64,000 nt of DNA from an uncultured Gemmatimonadaceae bacterium (lineage in GTDB: Bacteria; Gemmatimonadota; Gemmatimonadetes; Gemmatimonadales; Gemmatimonadaceae), in the NCBI GenBank assembly GCA_963829055.1, contig CAWHHI010000004.1:64001-128000 (forward strand), read 5' to 3'. The translations under genes were made by a program, and so were the position numbers. A model generated the notes under the pieces. That model searched no databases and was not told where the DNA came from. It was given only the letters and a program-made list of their open reading frames with translations. Of this stretch, positions 61,622 through 64,000 are shown one piece after another (positions within the stretch are counted from its first letter, which is position 1; each line of letters starts with the position of its first letter).

Positions 61622-62251
61622 TCACAGCGGTGCCTCATCGCCCGCACGCGGGATGACACGCGACTCCGCCTCACGTGCCCGCGCCTCCGTCTCGCGATCG
61701 AGGATCTCGCGAACCTGCGCGATGAGCGGGTTGTCCGCCGTATGCTGGCGACCGTAGCCGAGGTTAAAGCGGTAGTCGAAGTCCGCCGGGTTGAGTCCCT
61801 GATTGTGCTGCATGATCGTCTCGAGCTTGTCGAGCGCCTTGGCGAGCTTCGCCTCCGGCGATTGCGCGGCCTCGTACTCGTCCCACAGTCCCGCGATCTC
61901 GTCGCGACGCGCAGAGGGGAGCGGATCGAGCAACTGCATGAGGTCTCGGCGCTCCTGATCCGCCTTGCCGCCAGCTATGCCGAGTGCCGCGCGACGCGCC
62001 TGCTCCGGCGCCGACACGTCGCCGTGGATCGCTTCGCCGAGGTCGTGGATGATGCAGATCTTCACGAGCTTCGCGAAGTCCACGTCCGGGAACGACGGCC
62101 CGAGCACGAGCGCCATCAAGCAGAGTCGCCACGTGTGCTCGGCCACGCTCTCCTGCTGCCCGGTGGACGTGTAGCCTGTTCGCGTCGTGCTCTTGAGCCG
62201 CTCCGCAGCGCGGAGAAAATCGAGAACGCCGGTGAGCTCGGATGATTCCAT
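61622..62251 (-). CDS. HD domain hydrolase (HDDC2/YfbR-like)
   Basis: ESVAEHTWR, IIHDLGE, LDKLET. Confidence 0.88.
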   Translation of the reverse strand: MESSELTGVLDFLRAAERLKSTTRTGYTSTGQQESVAEHTWRLCLMALVLGPSFPDVDFAKLVKICIIHDLGEAIHGDVSAPEQARRAALGIAGGKADQERRDLMQLLDPLPSARRDEIAGLWDEYEAAQSPEAKLAKALDKLETIMQHNQGLNPADFDYRFNLGYGRQHTADNPLIAQVREILDRETEARAREAESRVIPRAGDEAPL

Positions 62252-62262
62252 GAGCGTCTGCG

Positions 62263-63332
62263 TCAGAACCCGGAGAGCTTCGTGATGCGGCCCTGCGTCC
62301 CGACCGCCCAACCGGCGCGCGGTGACGCGAATCCGACCGACCAGTAGTTGAGCGCGTCGATCGGCGTCCACGTTGCGCCCTCGTCACGCGACACGACCGC
62401 GCCGGCTGGTCCGACCGCTACGACGGTCGGCTTGGCCGCGCCGGGGACGTACACGCCGCCCCAGACTCCGGTCGCGAGCGGTGGACTCGTTCGCGGCGTC
62501 CAGGTGTGGCCGCCGTCGTTCGTTGTTGCGGTGAACTTGTCGCCGGCCTGCGCCGCGTTGCCGCCACCTAACGCGAATGCCGTTACGCGCGTCGCGGAAC
62601 CCGATGGACTGCGGGCCAACGCCCCCGCGCGTGGTGATCGGGAGCGTGTCGACCGACCACGTCTTGCCGAAGTTCGCAGTGTGCAGTACCCGCCCGTGAT
62701 CGGGGTTGCTGGAGACGATCCAGGCGTGACCGCCCGGCTTCGTCACCAGACACGTGCCGCTCGCGGCGAAGCTGCCCTCGGTAGGCATCGCGGGCGGAAG
62801 CGATGCCGACGGAACGCGGGTCCAGTGTGCGCCACCATCCGTGGTGGTCAGGATCGCGATGTTCTTGTCGATCGCATCGCCAATGACGATGCCCATGGCG
62901 GGCGTCCCAGAAATCCATGCAGTCGTAGAACCCGGCGGAGTCCGGATTCGTGAACTGGCGCGTCCAGTGGGATCCGGCGTCGGTGGTTTTGTAGATGCGT
63001 GACTGGTTACCGTTCCCGATGCTCAGGAGGTACGCGGTGTTGGCGTCGACGGCGTGAACGTCGCGGAACTGCAGCGAGTCGGCGCCCGGCACGCGGCCAG
63101 CGACCCACTTCGTTCCGCCGTCCGTCGTGCGGACGTAGGTGCCGAATGCGCCGCTCACCCACACCACGCGCTCGTTCACCGGGCTCACCGCGATGAGCAA
63201 CGCGGTCGTCCCGCTCGTCTGCGGCGTGTGCGTGACCTGAGCCGACGCGGACGCGGCGTGCACCGACAGCGCGAGGGCACCGACGGCGGCAACCGATCGG
63301 GCGGGAACGAGCAGGGAGAGTGGGCGGTTCAT
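62263..63332 (-). CDS. Exported BNR/Asp-box repeat beta-propeller protein (frameshifts near 62895 and 62580)
   Basis: Repeated TTDGG..W units; FAASGT. Confidence 0.78.
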
Positions 63333-63383
63333 TCAGAGGCCGTGTTGCTCGGGTGACGTGAAGTCGTGTGCGCGAAGTCGCGC

Positions 63384-64000
63384 CTAACGGTTTGCCGGAT
63401 CGGCGCTCAGCAGAACGATGCCCTCGGCGAGTCGCGGCCGCCACCATTCCGGGCCGTGATTGCCGCCGGGCACTTCCGTGTATGTGACGTCGTACCGCTT
63501 CGCGCGCAGGGCATCGCGGAAGCGACGCGTCGCCTCGAGGAAATTCGGACCTGAGCCGCCGAGCGTCGCGTGGTCCTCGAGCGCTCCGACGTCGAGCGCG
63601 AATCGTACCGGTTTGTGCTCGGCGCTCTGGTCACCTGCGTCGTCAGCCACTCGAACGGCGCGTCATTCGGACCCTCCGCACCGCGCCAGAACGCGCCGCT
63701 CTGGGACCACACGTTGCCGAACAGATCGGGGTGCACGAATGCGACGTACGCTGCGCCAAGGCCGCCAGCACTCGACCCGGTGACGATGACCTGGTGAGGG
63801 TCGCCGCGACGTGCCAGCCCTTCCGGACCCAGGGCATGAGTTGCTTCGCCAGGAAGTCGGACATGCGCTGGGCGTTCGCGAGGTCGGCTATCCGAATCGC
63901 GCCGTCGGAGTTGTCGATGAGCACGGCGACGAACGCAGGGGCACGCTTCGCGGCCAGCAGCGAGTCGAGCACCGCGGCAGCGGCATCGTGTCCGGTACTC
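63384..64000 (-). CDS. Fes/IroD-like alpha/beta esterase, C-terminal part (frameshifted, partial)
   Basis: GSSAGG, FGNVWSQSGAFW, DVGALE, GGNH. Confidence 0.72.

Overview
High-GC bacterial chromosomal window, most likely Gemmatimonadota (inferred from PadR/ADOP permease pair, barrel-less CarboxypepD_reg/plug proteins and repeat style). It has about 55 CDSs of mostly housekeeping or accessory type: tyrA, peptidases, rhomboid, amidase, MutS-domain protein, ABC1 kinase, Fpg, CLC channel, rpiB, two-component systems. Many genes carry single-base frameshifts that look like assembly errors. No rRNA, canonical tRNA, CRISPR or transposase was seen. Highlights: (1) an unannotated ~163-nt tRNA-shaped RNA with large structured insertions in both the anticodon and T loops, downstream of a sigma-54-type promoter and directly upstream of the RNA ligase gene rtcB; (2) an ECF sigma / CBM48 anti-sigma / CBM48 outer-membrane operon; (3) a KaiA-less kaiB-kaiC-histidine kinase operon; (4) three TonB-plug-like proteins with no barrel, two flanking an orphan barstar-like gene; (5) a strongly over-represented non-palindromic motif (C)GTTAGGC; (6) several families of nested, modular palindromic intergenic repeats. 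All assignments come from reading motifs by eye; no searches were run.
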